Shown here one piece after another: positions 28,575-38,146 of a DNA stretch of 64,000 nt (its first letter is position 1; each line of letters begins with the position of its first letter). The position numbers and the translations under genes were made by a program. This DNA is from Candidatus Latescibacterota bacterium (GTDB lineage: Bacteria; Latescibacterota; UBA2968; UBA8231): the NCBI GenBank assembly GCA_965242865.1, contig CBDETK010000013.1:2752001-2816000 (forward strand). Direction: 5' to 3'. The notes beneath the pieces were generated by a model. That model saw nothing but the letters and a program-made list of their open reading frames with translations. It was not told the origin of the DNA and searched no databases.

Positions 28575-30058
28575 GATGGGCTCCAGTCGAGGGCAAGTTG
28601 GGTCAACAAGCGCACGCCAATGCCAACGCCGCCGCGCGGCACGTAAGGTTTGGCCTTTTCGCACCAAGCGGTCCCGGCGATGTCGAGGTGCGCCCACGAG
28701 TACGAGGCAAATTCGGCCAACAGCGCTGCGGCCGTACTGGCACCGGCTGGCCGACCGCCTGAATTTTTCATGTCGGCGATGTCGCTGTCGATCTGATCGC
28801 GGTGCTCGGGCCACACCGGCAGCCGCCAGAGCCGCTCGCCAGTGTGCTCGCCGGCGGCGAGCAGCCGCTCGGCTAAGGCGTCGTCGTTGGCAAACAGGCC
28901 CGAAGCATGGGGGCCCAGCGCGGCGACACAAGAGCCGGTGAGGGTGGCCAGATCGACGACCGCGGCCGGCTCGTAGCGGGTGGCGTACGCGAGCGCATCG
29001 GCCAAGACGAGGCGGCCCTCGGCGTCTGTGCTGACGATCTCAATGGTCTTGCCCGCGAGGGTTTGCAGCACGTCGTCTGGACGAAAGGCGGTGCTGGAGG
29101 GCATGTTCTCTGCGGCGGCGATTAGGCCGACGACCCGCCGCTTGAGCCCGAGTGCGGCCACCGCCTGCATCGCGCCCAAAACGGCCGCGGCCCCGGACAT
29201 GTCGGTTTTCATCGTGCGGATGCCCTCGACGGTCTTGAGCGATAGGCCGCCGCTGTCAAAGGTGATGCCCTTGCCGACAAACACCAGCGGTTCCCCCTTG
29301 GGGGGGCCGTGTTCGAGGACGATGAACCGCGGCTTGTTGGCACTGCCTTGGCCAACGGCCAACAGGGCACCCATCCCCAGCCGAGCCAAGCCTTTCGCGC
29401 CGAAAACCCGACAGCGCAGGTCGTGGGTTTTGGCTAGGCGGCGGGCCGTGTGGGCCAAGTAGGCCGGGGTGACCTCGCGGCCGGGGTGGTTCACCAAGTC
29501 GCGGGCGAAGCAGGTGGCCTCTGCCAAGGCGCGGCCGCGCCGCACTCCGCGCCGCGCCTCTTTGAGCTTCGCCGAGTCGAACTCTACGATGTGCAGCTTG
29601 GCCAGCGACTGCGGGTGGGGTTGCGAGCGGTACTCGTCAAAGCGATAGGCTGCCAACAGCGATGCTTCGGCCACTGCTTGCGCGGCCGGCTCAACGGGCA
29701 GGTTGCCCGCGCCCGTGCCGTGGAGAATGGTGGCCGCGCTTTGGCCGCCCAAGCGACCGAGGGTGCCGATGGCCATGCCCGCGGCGCGGCGCGCCCTTTC
29801 GAGGTCAAAGCCCTCTCGCTCGCCCAAGCCGACGACGAGGACGCGCCGGGCTGGGATTTGGCCATGCGAGTACAGCAGCAGGGTTTGTCCGGCCTTGCCC
29901 TCAAAGTCGCCCAAGTCAATGGCCGCTGAGATTTGGCCGCCGAGGGCTTGGTCAACCGCACCCGTAGCCCCGCCGGGACGCGCTCCGGCAAAGAGATTGA
30001 CTACGAGGACGTCCGCGTCCTGTTTCTGAATGGCCCCCTGTATTACTTTAATATCCAT
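28571..30058 (-). CDS. pepA: Leucyl aminopeptidase (M17)
   Basis: GKGITFDSGG, MKTDMSG, TDAEGRL and ATLTG motifs. Confidence 0.95.
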   Translation of the reverse strand: MDIKVIQGAIQKQDADVLVVNLFAGARPGGATGAVDQALGGQISAAIDLGDFEGKAGQTLLLYSHGQIPARRVLVVGLGEREGFDLERARRAAGMAIGTLGRLGGQSAATILHGTGAGNLPVEPAAQAVAEASLLAAYRFDEYRSQPHPQSLAKLHIVEFDSAKLKEARRGVRRGRALAEATCFARDLVNHPGREVTPAYLAHTARRLAKTHDLRCRVFGAKGLARLGMGALLAVGQGSANKPRFIVLEHGPPKGEPLVFVGKGITFDSGGLSLKTVEGIRTMKTDMSGAAAVLGAMQAVAALGLKRRVVGLIAAAENMPSSTAFRPDDVLQTLAGKTIEIVSTDAEGRLVLADALAYATRYEPAAVVDLATLTGSCVAALGPHASGLFANDDALAERLLAAGEHTGERLWRLPVWPEHRDQIDSDIADMKNSGGRPAGASTAAALLAEFASYSWAHLDIAGTAWCEKAKPYVPRGGVGIGVRLLTQLALDWSPS

Positions 30059-30210
30059 ACCATTAACGTTTAGTTCGTGGTGGGAAGTACGTGGTCATTA
30101 ACCACTAACCACTATCCGTACTACTGTCAAGAATGGATCACGCCGCCCTGTAGGCGATCTCAGCACCTTCCTGCGCCACGCCTACGCGCTAAAACCCACG
30201 GAGGAACCCA

Positions 30211-30555
30211 ATGCAGCACTTCGGCCTAACCATTGAGCTAAAGGACGATCCCGAACTGATCGCCCAGTACAAGGCATACCACGCCGACCCTTGGCCCGAG
30301 CCGCTTCAGGGCCTAGCCGAGATCGGCATCACCGACATGAAAATTTTTCTCTTGGGGCAGCGAATGTTCATGTACATGACCGCCACCGACGAATTCGATC
30401 CCGTCCGCGACTTTCCGCGCTATGTCGAGCAGAACCCCAAGGCGAAGGAGTGGGACGAGCTGATGCGGACCTTTCAGCAGCCGGTGCCCGAGGCTACAGA
30501 GGGGGAGTGGTGGGCCAACATGGAACTCGTGTTTGACTTGCAATTGCACGTCTGA
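30211..30555 (+). CDS. L-rhamnose/L-fucose mutarotase family protein
   Basis: Y..YH...WPE motif, GI..M.IF; GGAGG RBS. Confidence 0.85.
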   Translation: MQHFGLTIELKDDPELIAQYKAYHADPWPEPLQGLAEIGITDMKIFLLGQRMFMYMTATDEFDPVRDFPRYVEQNPKAKEWDELMRTFQQPVPEATEGEWWANMELVFDLQLHV

Positions 30556-30652
30556 GAGGCCGTGAGACATGTTGGCTGGCGTGCGGTGCCATAGCAATTG
30601 AGCACTTCAAACGCGCTTTGTAAAAACGCAAATTTCGCACAGGAGATTTTCT

Positions 30653-31408
30653 ATGACCAAGGGACGAGTCGCCGGCAAGGCGGCCATTGTAACGGGCGCG
30701 GCTTCGGGAATTGGCGAAGCTACCGCGCAGGTTCTGGCGCGCGAAGGTGCGTCCGTGTGCGTCGCGGATGTCAACGCCGAGGGCGGCCAGCAGGTCGTCG
30801 ATGCAATCAAGGCCAGCGGCGGCGAGGCCATCTTCGCACGCACCGACGTGGGCGAGGCCGCCGAGGTTATTGAGATGTTTGAGCGGACTCAAGCCGCCTT
30901 TGGCCGCGTGGACATCGTCCACAACAACGCAATATGGTTCCGCCACGGCCCGGCGACCGAGCTCGACGAAAGGGATTGGGACGGGACCTTAAACATCGGC
31001 TTGAAGGCGATTTTCCTCGCCGCCAAATACGGCATCCCGGTCATGCGCAAAACCGGGGGCGGAGTGATTATCAACACCGGCTCGGTACATTCGCTGGTCA
31101 GCTTTGCCACGGCCACGGCCTACGACGCGGCCAAGGCCGGCGTGTTGGGCCTGACGCGGACCCTCGCGATTGACTACGGGCCGGACATCCGCGTCTGCGC
31201 CGTGCTGCCCGGGGCCATTCTGACGCCCTTGTGGAAGGGAGTCTCCGAGCGAGAACAGCAGCACTATGCCAACATGGTCCCCGCCAAGCGGCTAGGCACT
31301 GGCGAGGACATCGCCAACGCCGTGCTGTTCCTCGCCTCGGACGAGGCGTCCTTTATCACCGGAACCGCCCTGACCGTAGATGGCGGGATGCTGGCGAGGA
31401 CCGAGTAG
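30653..31408 (+). CDS. Short-chain dehydrogenase/reductase
   Basis: TGAASGIG, NNA and YDAAK motifs. Confidence 0.93.
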   Translation: MTKGRVAGKAAIVTGAASGIGEATAQVLAREGASVCVADVNAEGGQQVVDAIKASGGEAIFARTDVGEAAEVIEMFERTQAAFGRVDIVHNNAIWFRHGPATELDERDWDGTLNIGLKAIFLAAKYGIPVMRKTGGGVIINTGSVHSLVSFATATAYDAAKAGVLGLTRTLAIDYGPDIRVCAVLPGAILTPLWKGVSEREQQHYANMVPAKRLGTGEDIANAVLFLASDEASFITGTALTVDGGMLARTE

Positions 31409-32554
31409 ATGGCCAAGCCAGCCGTCAAACCGCAAAACCCCTGCTTTTCCTCGGGTCCGTGCGCCAAGCGTCCCAAGTGGAGCTGGGCCGCGTTGGCCGA
31501 CGCCGCCCTCGGGCGCTCGCACCGCTCGGCGCAAGGGCGGGCCAAGCTACAGGAGGTCATCGAGCGGTCGCGGGTGCTACTGGGGGTGCCGGCCGATTAC
31601 CGCATCGGGGTGGTGCCGGGTTCGGATACCGGGGCCGTGGAGATGTGCCTGTGGTCGCTGTTGGGTGCCCGAGGCGTTGATGTGCTGGCTTGGGAAAGCT
31701 TCAGCCGGGGATGGGCGACGGATATTGTCCAACACTTGCGGCTAGAGGATGTGCGCGTCTTTGACGCCGATTTCGGAGAACTGCCCGACTTGTCCGCGAT
31801 CGATGGCGACCGCGACGTGGTTTTTGCGTGGAACGGCACGACCTCTGGGGTGAAGGTGCCCGATGGCGCGTGGATCGCCGCCGACCGCGCCGGCCTGACC
31901 ATCTGCGATGCAACGTCCGCGGTCTTTGCCGTGGACCTGCCGTGGGAAAAGCTCGACGTAGTCACGTACTCTTGGCAAAAGGTCCTAGGCGGCGAGGCCG
32001 CGCACGGAATGCTCGTCCTGAGTCCGCGGGCGGTCGAGCGGCTCGTTAGCTTCACGCCGCCTTGGCCCATACCCAAACTCTTCCGCCTGACCCAAGGCAG
32101 CCAACTCAACGAGGCACTGTTTAGGGGCGACACCATCAACACGCCTTCCCTGCTGTGCGTGGAAGACGCGGTCGACGGGCTGCGCTGGGCCGAGCGCATC
32201 GGCGGCTTGCCCGAACTCGTGCGACGCACCCAGGCCAACCTCGCGGTGCTAGCGCAGTGGGAAGCGGCGCGCGAGTGGATCGCGTTTTTGCCGGTGCGCC
32301 CAGCAACTCGTTCTAGCACGTCGATTTGCCTGCGGATCGACGATGCGCGGTATGCAGGCTTGGGCGAGGATGAGCAGCGAGCAAAGGTCAAACAAATGGT
32401 CGCCGCGCTGGAAGCTGAAGGCGTGGCCTACGACATCAACGGGTACCGCGCCGCCCCTCCCGGCCTGCGGATCTGGGGCGGAGGTACGGTGGAAACCAGC
32501 GACATTGAAGCACTGGTCCCGTGGCTGGATTGGGCGTGGGCCGAGGCGACATGA
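31409..32554 (+). CDS. serC: Phosphoserine aminotransferase (Methanosarcina/alphaproteobacterial type)
   Basis: [28 protein letters not shown] and TINTPS motifs. Confidence 0.92.
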   Translation: MAKPAVKPQNPCFSSGPCAKRPKWSWAALADAALGRSHRSAQGRAKLQEVIERSRVLLGVPADYRIGVVPGSDTGAVEMCLWSLLGARGVDVLAWESFSRGWATDIVQHLRLEDVRVFDADFGELPDLSAIDGDRDVVFAWNGTTSGVKVPDGAWIAADRAGLTICDATSAVFAVDLPWEKLDVVTYSWQKVLGGEAAHGMLVLSPRAVERLVSFTPPWPIPKLFRLTQGSQLNEALFRGDTINTPSLLCVEDAVDGLRWAERIGGLPELVRRTQANLAVLAQWEAAREWIAFLPVRPATRSSTSICLRIDDARYAGLGEDEQRAKVKQMVAALEAEGVAYDINGYRAAPPGLRIWGGGTVETSDIEALVPWLDWAWAEAT

Positions 32555-32556
32555 AG

Positions 32557-33117
32557 TCAGCCCAACAGGTCGGCGGCCGCCAGTGTTAGGCCGGCGATGG
32601 TTGGCGAAGAGAAGGTGGCGTCGGCTGGGACTTGGGTGCGCTGCTGGTAGGCATGGCCTTGGGGATGGGCGTACACCTCAAGGCAGCGTTCTTGCAGGTC
32701 GATCAGCCACATTTCGGGAATCCCGGCCTGCGCGTAGAGCGGGACCTTGACCGCGCGGTCGTAACTGGCCGACGTGTCGGCGACTTCGACCGCCAGCAGC
32801 ACATCGCCGGCCGCCGGATGAGCCGTTGCGTAAAAGTCGGCGCGGGGCCGGAGCAATACTAAATCGGGTTCCGGCTCGGAGTACGCGTCGAGGGCGATGG
32901 GGTCTTGGACGCCGAGCAGCATGGAATCCCCGACCATTTTTCCCAGCCTCAGATTGAGGCGTTTTACACAAGCGGCGTGTTGGCTGCCAATGGGGCTCAT
33001 GGCGACGATCTGCCCGGCGATAAGCTCAACGCGGTCCTCCTCGGTAAGGATGTCGGCCTCGGCCATGCGATAGTATTCGCCGACCGTGAAGGCGCGACCC
33101 TGCAACTGGGTGGTCAT
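32557..33117 (-). CDS. Uma2 family endonuclease-fold protein, copy A
   Basis: ELI.G, PEPD, VEVADTS and DR..K..LYA..GIPE motifs; ATGA coupling. Confidence 0.9.
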   Translation of the reverse strand: MTTQLQGRAFTVGEYYRMAEADILTEEDRVELIAGQIVAMSPIGSQHAACVKRLNLRLGKMVGDSMLLGVQDPIALDAYSEPEPDLVLLRPRADFYATAHPAAGDVLLAVEVADTSASYDRAVKVPLYAQAGIPEMWLIDLQERCLEVYAHPQGHAYQQRTQVPADATFSSPTIAGLTLAAADLLG

Positions 33118-33686
33118 AGCCGCTGGCACCCCAACAGGTCGGCGGCCCCCAGTGTTAGACCGGCGATGGTCGGCGAGGTGAAGTTCGCGTTGGCTGGGAC
33201 TTGGGTGTGCTGCTGGTAGGCATGGCCTTGAGGATGGGCGTACACCTCAAGGCAGCGTTCTTGCAGATCGATCAGCCACACTTCGGGAATCCCGGCCTGC
33301 GCGTAGAGCGGCACCTTGACCGCACGGTCGTAGCTGGCCGACGTGTCGGCGACTTCGACCGCCAGCAGCACATCGCCAGCCGCTGGATGAGCCGCCGCGT
33401 AAAAGTCGGCGCGGGGACGGAGCAATACTAAGTCGGGTTCCGGTTCGGAGTACGCGTCGAGGGCGATGGGGCTTTGCACGCGCACGATGAAAGCTGGCCC
33501 CGGCGGGCGATGCAGTAAGCCGTTGAGCCGATCGACGCAAGCGGCGTGTTGGCTGCCAATGGGGCTCATGGCGACGATCTGCCCGGCGATAAGCTCAACG
33601 CGGTCCTCCTCGGTAAGGATGTCGGCCTCGGCCATGCGATAGTATTCGCCGACCGTGAAGGCGCGACCCTGCGGCTGGGTGGTCAT
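33114..33686 (-). CDS. Uma2 family endonuclease-fold protein, copy B
   Basis: Near-identical tandem paralog of copy A. Confidence 0.9.
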   Translation of the reverse strand: MTTQPQGRAFTVGEYYRMAEADILTEEDRVELIAGQIVAMSPIGSQHAACVDRLNGLLHRPPGPAFIVRVQSPIALDAYSEPEPDLVLLRPRADFYAAAHPAAGDVLLAVEVADTSASYDRAVKVPLYAQAGIPEVWLIDLQERCLEVYAHPQGHAYQQHTQVPANANFTSPTIAGLTLGAADLLGCQRL

Positions 33687-33692
33687 GGGGTG

Positions 33693-35093
33693 CTACGGCC
33701 CCTTTTTGTCCGCTGCCTGCAAGCGGTCTGCCGCACCCACCGAGCCGATGTGCAGGGTGTCGTACGCCTGTTGCGAAGTCTCAAACGGCCCCTCGTGCGT
33801 TTTTGAGCCATGCCATTGCAAATTGGTGTACATTGGGTTGGTCGCGCCCGTCTCCCGCTCGCGCTGGGCGATCCAAGCCTCCATCCGCTCCTTCAAGGCA
33901 GCCGCGATCGCCGGCTCTTTCTTGGCCAAGTTTTTCAGCTCCAGCGGATCGGCGACCAAGTTGTAGAGCTCGGCTTCGGGCTTGAAGTGAAAGTCCGGCT
34001 CTAGCGCGACCATCAGCTTCCACTCCGGGGTGCGCCAGCCGTGCTTGCGCATCCAAGTGCATTCGGTGATGTAAAAGTCCGAGTAGTTGGAAGCCTTGCG
34101 GCCCGCGATCAGGGGCAGCAGCGACTGGCCGTCGAATGCGATGTCCGTGCGGATGTTGAGGAGCTTGAGTACGGTGGGAACCAAGTCTTGGTGCAGCGCG
34201 ATGCCCGCGACGCGCTTGCCGGCGGGCAACTTGCCGGGCAGGCGCATGATCAGCGGCACGTGCAGCGTGTTTTCGTAGAGACCGTGGTGGTCGTACCAGC
34301 ATTCGTGCTCGTACAAGGTCTCGCCGTGATCGCCGTTGATGACGATTAAGGTGTTGTCGCTCAAGCCCAACTCCTCGACGCGGGTGAGGATGCGCTGAAT
34401 GCAGGCGTCCATATAGGCGATGGCCCCGTCGTACTGGGCATCCACGTAGTGGCGGTCGCGCACCCCGGGCGGCATCCAATCGGCGAAGAAGTCGCAAAAG
34501 GGCTTGAAGCGAAACACCGGCTCCATGCTCTCGTTTTTGGGGTCGAATTCGTCGCCGCTGTAAAACATCCGCTCAAAGGGGGCCGGCGGCAGATAGGGGG
34601 CGTGCGGGTCCATGTGGCGCAAGAAGAGGAAGAAAGGCTTCTTCGAGCGCGCGAGCCGCTCTAGCTCGGGGAGGGCGACTTGGTTGAGGTTTTCGGCCTT
34701 GGGGCTACGGCCTTCGGCAAAGGAACCCCAACTTGGGTAATCCAAATAGCGGCTAAAGCCCCGCGAACTTGGGTTGCCCGTGAAGCCGACGCACGAGGTG
34801 TTGTAGCCGCTTCGGCGGAGGATCTCGGGCAGGGTGCGGAGCTTTTTGGGCAGGCCGCCTCGGTGGCGCAGGGCCACGACGCTAGTGCCGAAGCAGTCGA
34901 GGCCGGTGAGCATGGAGGCGTAGGCCGAAGTCGTGGGAATGTGGGCCGAGTAGTTCTTTTCAAAGAGCACGGCGGCGGCGGCAAAGCGGTCGATGTGGGG
35001 CGTGGTCTGGCGGTGGTAGCCATAGCAGCTTAGGTGATCGGCGCGCAGGCTGTCGATGCCTAAGATAATGACATTGGTCTTTTTGGCTGGCAT
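33693..35093 (-). CDS. Sulfatase-like hydrolase (alkaline phosphatase superfamily) with a non-canonical active-site motif
   Basis: IDSLRADH, DPH.PY, DHGE and ELYNL..DP.E motifs; TTSAYASMLTG replaces CxPxR. Confidence 0.85.
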   Translation of the reverse strand: MPAKKTNVIILGIDSLRADHLSCYGYHRQTTPHIDRFAAAAVLFEKNYSAHIPTTSAYASMLTGLDCFGTSVVALRHRGGLPKKLRTLPEILRRSGYNTSCVGFTGNPSSRGFSRYLDYPSWGSFAEGRSPKAENLNQVALPELERLARSKKPFFLFLRHMDPHAPYLPPAPFERMFYSGDEFDPKNESMEPVFRFKPFCDFFADWMPPGVRDRHYVDAQYDGAIAYMDACIQRILTRVEELGLSDNTLIVINGDHGETLYEHECWYDHHGLYENTLHVPLIMRLPGKLPAGKRVAGIALHQDLVPTVLKLLNIRTDIAFDGQSLLPLIAGRKASNYSDFYITECTWMRKHGWRTPEWKLMVALEPDFHFKPEAELYNLVADPLELKNLAKKEPAIAAALKERMEAWIAQRERETGATNPMYTNLQWHGSKTHEGPFETSQQAYDTLHIGSVGAADRLQAADKKGP

Positions 35094-35135
35094 TAGATCC
35101 TCTCGATTTGGGGTAGGGATTGGAAGGCAGGAGGG

Positions 35136-35549
35136 CTATTGGAGGACCGCGCCCGGCCACTGATCGTCGCTGGCCGTTACGTCCACGGTAATGCCGTCTG
35201 GGTCTTCGACCTTGAAGGCCCCTTCGCGGATGTCGTGGACATCAATCGGCTCTTTGCCGTCCAAGCCATCGGAAAAAATTTCATAGCCCATCTCCAACAG
35301 GCGCCGACCGGCCTCTGCGAGGTCGGGCACTCGCACGCCGATGTGGAGGTAGTCGAGCATCCCGCTGACGTGCGGGGGGCGGCTCGGGCCGTGGTGCTGG
35401 AAAACTCGGAAGTTGTGGTGGCCGTCGCTGAGGTCGTAGCAACTCCCGTGGGTCGAGACCACGGGCAGGCCGAGGCCATCGCGCCAAAAGCGAATAGTCT
35501 TTTCGAGGTCTGTGGCCCGGACGCCAATGTGGACGAGTACCGTACTCAT
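35136..35549 (-). CDS. VOC/glyoxalase family protein
   Basis: HIGVR twice, FWRDGLGL and DPDG motifs. Confidence 0.85.
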   Translation of the reverse strand: MSTVLVHIGVRATDLEKTIRFWRDGLGLPVVSTHGSCYDLSDGHHNFRVFQHHGPSRPPHVSGMLDYLHIGVRVPDLAEAGRRLLEMGYEIFSDGLDGKEPIDVHDIREGAFKVEDPDGITVDVTASDDQWPGAVLQ

Positions 35550-35702
35550 GGCTTTTCTCCTTTCTCGTAGGCTTGCAGCCATATTAGTCCCCATAATCTA
35601 ATAAACAAATCACCGTGCGACACTATCGCGTTTGCTGGCCGCGATCTTCATTTGTTTAATTGTGCTTTAATAGAAATTTATTAAGCTGAAAAAGTTTTTT
35701 TA

Positions 35703-35715
35703 TATCAATAAGTTA
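35703..35715 (+). promoter_or_regulatory. IHF-consensus site
   Basis: TATCAATAAGTTA matches WATCAANNNNTTR and follows an A/T tract. Confidence 0.55.
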
Positions 35716-35776
35716 TTGTTTTTTGGCCAGATGGGAAAATCCCGGTAAAATGGGGCGAAAAAAAGGGGCCGATTTC

Positions 35777-35805
35777 TTGACTTCTACACAAATGTTTACT
35801 ATCTT
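35777..35805 (+). promoter_or_regulatory. Sigma70-type promoter with a palindromic operator in the spacer
   Basis: TTGACT-17 bp-TATCTT; the spacer contains TACAC-AAAT-GTTTA. Confidence 0.6.
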
Positions 35806-35856
35806 TTTGTGCAGGTAATTTCGCTATCTCATCTAACCTTGCCCAAAAGGAAAGTT

Positions 35857-36066
35857 ATGCCGCCTATCGCAAAAGACCGCATCGAACGCGCTGCGCGCAT
35901 ATATGCCAGCAACCACGACGCCGGCTCGGCCTTGGGCATTGCCCCGGGCAGCTTCAGCCGCCTCTGCCGTCGCTACGGCATCGAGACGCCCCAAGCGCGC
36001 AAGCGCCGTCAGCGCAGCGAGTGGAAGCAGGATTATCTCAGCCTGCACAACCAAAAGGAGCAGTAA
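35857..36066 (+). CDS. Small HTH (Fis-like) DNA-binding protein
   Basis: [21 protein letters not shown] fits a Fis-type HTH; AAGGA RBS; basic tail. Confidence 0.65.
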   Translation: MPPIAKDRIERAARIYASNHDAGSALGIAPGSFSRLCRRYGIETPQARKRRQRSEWKQDYLSLHNQKEQ

Positions 36067-36067
36067 T

Positions 36068-36484
36068 ATGTCGAGTCTCAACAAGGTTTTACTCATCGGC
36101 AACTTGGGGTCTGATCCCGAGACGCGCTTTACCCCCAGCGGCGCACAGGTTGCCAACTTCAGCTTGGCCACCAGCGAGTCGTGGAACGACAAGAACGGGC
36201 AGCGCCAAGAGCGCACCGAGTGGCATCGCATCGTCTTGTGGCAGCGCCTCGCCGAAATCGCTGGTCAGTACCTAAAAAAGGGCAGCAAAATTTACATTGA
36301 GGGCAAGCTGCAAACGCGCTCTTGGGAAGATCAGCAGGGCCATAAGCGTCAGACCACAGAAGTCGTCGCCAGCACCATGAAAATGCTCGGCGCAGAGCGG
36401 CCCGCCGAGGCCGCTGCGGAAAACGGCCACGCCCACGCCGCCACGCCAGCGGCCGGTCCCAACGGCGACGATCTGCCCTTCTAG
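36068..36484 (+). CDS. ssb: Single-stranded DNA-binding protein
   Basis: [21 protein letters not shown] and C-terminal DDLPF. Confidence 0.96.
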   Translation: MSSLNKVLLIGNLGSDPETRFTPSGAQVANFSLATSESWNDKNGQRQERTEWHRIVLWQRLAEIAGQYLKKGSKIYIEGKLQTRSWEDQQGHKRQTTEVVASTMKMLGAERPAEAAAENGHAHAATPAAGPNGDDLPF

Positions 36485-36575
36485 CCGCGGTCGAGTTGAC
36501 GCTTGGGCGAGATGTATTAGCTTGGGTCGCGGTCCGCAAAGGATGCGCGGCCATTTTTTACGAAACGGAGCAACC

Positions 36576-37412
36576 ATGGCGTTTGAACTCAACGCACCGA
36601 GCAAGATAAAGAGCATAACGAGCGCGTACACCGGTCCGCGGTTTCGCGACGGGCGGCCCAAAGTCGATGGCGATGTCGTCGAGCGGATGAAGCGGGTGAC
36701 CATTGAGGAAGCCTGGGGGGTGCTGATGGGCAAGGGGCATTCGTTCCAGTTTGAAGGCGACTGGATCAACCTGCATCCCAGCCGGGTGCTCGTCGGCCGC
36801 GCAGTGACGGCCCGCTACATCCCGCACCGGCCCGACTTCGACGGCGTCGTGCAGGCCGAAGGCGAGCGGCACGGTCGGATCGGCGGTCAGAATAGCTGGG
36901 TCATCGACACCTTGGGTGCCGACGACGTATTGGTCGTCGATCTGTTCGGCAAGGTGCTGCGCGGGACCTTTATCGGCGACAATCTCGGCACGGCGATCGC
37001 GGCCAACACCGGCGGGACGGGCCTGATCGTCGATGGCGGCATCCGCGACGATCACCGCGTGCGCAAGCTGCCGATCAACGTGCTCTGTAAAGGGCTGCAT
37101 CCCTCGGCAATCGGCGAAGTGACCATGGCCGAGATCAACGGCCCGGTGCGCGTAGGGGCCGCGACCTGTATGCCGGGCGATGTCGTGCTGGCGACCCCCA
37201 CGGGCGCGATTTTCGTGCCGCCGCAATACGCCCGCGAAGTCGTGGAGTCCTCCGAAAACACTCGCCTGCGCGACTATTGGGGCAAGAAGAGCATTGCCGA
37301 CGGCCGCTACACGCCCGGAGAGGTGGATCGCAAGTGGTCGCCTACGATGGAAAAGGAATTCGCCAAGTGGCAGAAAACGGCTGACACCGAGGCGATTTTC
37401 GCCGAATTATAG
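36576..37412 (+). CDS. RraA/HMG aldolase family protein
   Basis: GRAVT, IGDNL, DGGIRD and PGDVV motifs. Confidence 0.88.
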   Translation: MAFELNAPSKIKSITSAYTGPRFRDGRPKVDGDVVERMKRVTIEEAWGVLMGKGHSFQFEGDWINLHPSRVLVGRAVTARYIPHRPDFDGVVQAEGERHGRIGGQNSWVIDTLGADDVLVVDLFGKVLRGTFIGDNLGTAIAANTGGTGLIVDGGIRDDHRVRKLPINVLCKGLHPSAIGEVTMAEINGPVRVGAATCMPGDVVLATPTGAIFVPPQYAREVVESSENTRLRDYWGKKSIADGRYTPGEVDRKWSPTMEKEFAKWQKTADTEAIFAEL

Positions 37413-37540
37413 AAATGGGCGAGGCCAATACAGAGGCCCCGGCCCGCTGTCGGACGGATGCTTCCATTGCCGTAGAAGTACGCAGGTTGCGGCTTCTGTG
37501 TTTAGGCTTTTATTTAACGACGGCAAAGAACCTACAATCA

Positions 37541-37604
37541 GGGGCGGCCCCCCGTGCCTGCCCGTTAGAATCCCGTTGGGGCAGGCCCCCGTGCCTGCCC
37601 GTTA
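37541..37604. repeat. Two direct copies of a REP-like palindrome GGGGC(A/G)G(G/C)CCCCCGTGCCTGCCCGTTA
   Basis: Copies at 37541-37567 and 37578-37604. Confidence 0.7.
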
Positions 37605-37728
37605 CAGCGGCCCACTTGGGGTTGGCGAATGAACGAGACGATGATTAAGCATTTCATATCAGGCAGGGGCCTTGCTGTGGGGCAAAACCCTGTTGGGTGC
37701 TTGGATTCATCGTCAAATTTAATGTGTC

Positions 37729-37768
37729 GTAAGTCCTTGAAAAACAACGACTTACCCCCCCCCCCCCC
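37729..37768. repeat. Inverted repeat GTAAGTC.TTG-AAAAA-CAA.GACTTAC followed by a C14 homopolymer
   Basis: Directly visible in the sequence. Confidence 0.8.
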
Positions 37769-38146
37769 GAAAATTCTCCGCTAGCACCAAGCACTAAACT
37801 CTCTACTTTTCTGCATAGGCCGACGGATCGTGCGCGGCTGTTGGGCGTCGCGTCGGTCTGGCCGCACGACCCCAAACCGCACACGGCCGGTCGGCCTTCG
37901 TCTGTACGCCGTGTACGTAGGCTGGGGCCTATCCAAAGTACCGCCCTAGGGCGAGCCCGGCCGCGCCATTCCCTTCTTCCTCACGATACGACCCACCACT
38001 CGCCTTCCAAAGAGCGCGGGCATCCTGTCCTCGTCGAAGGCGAGACGCCCTCCAGCCCGGATTCACCGAGAACAGCAGAAAAGGCGTTCGCAAAGTAGGG
38101 GGTCGTGTACTCAGTCCTTCTTCCAACCCATACAAAGGAGCAAAAA

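Noticed and set aside
35587-35614. AGTCCCCATAA resembling the XerC arm of a dif site
   Set aside because: No XerD arm (TTATGTTAAAT-like) at the correct spacing.
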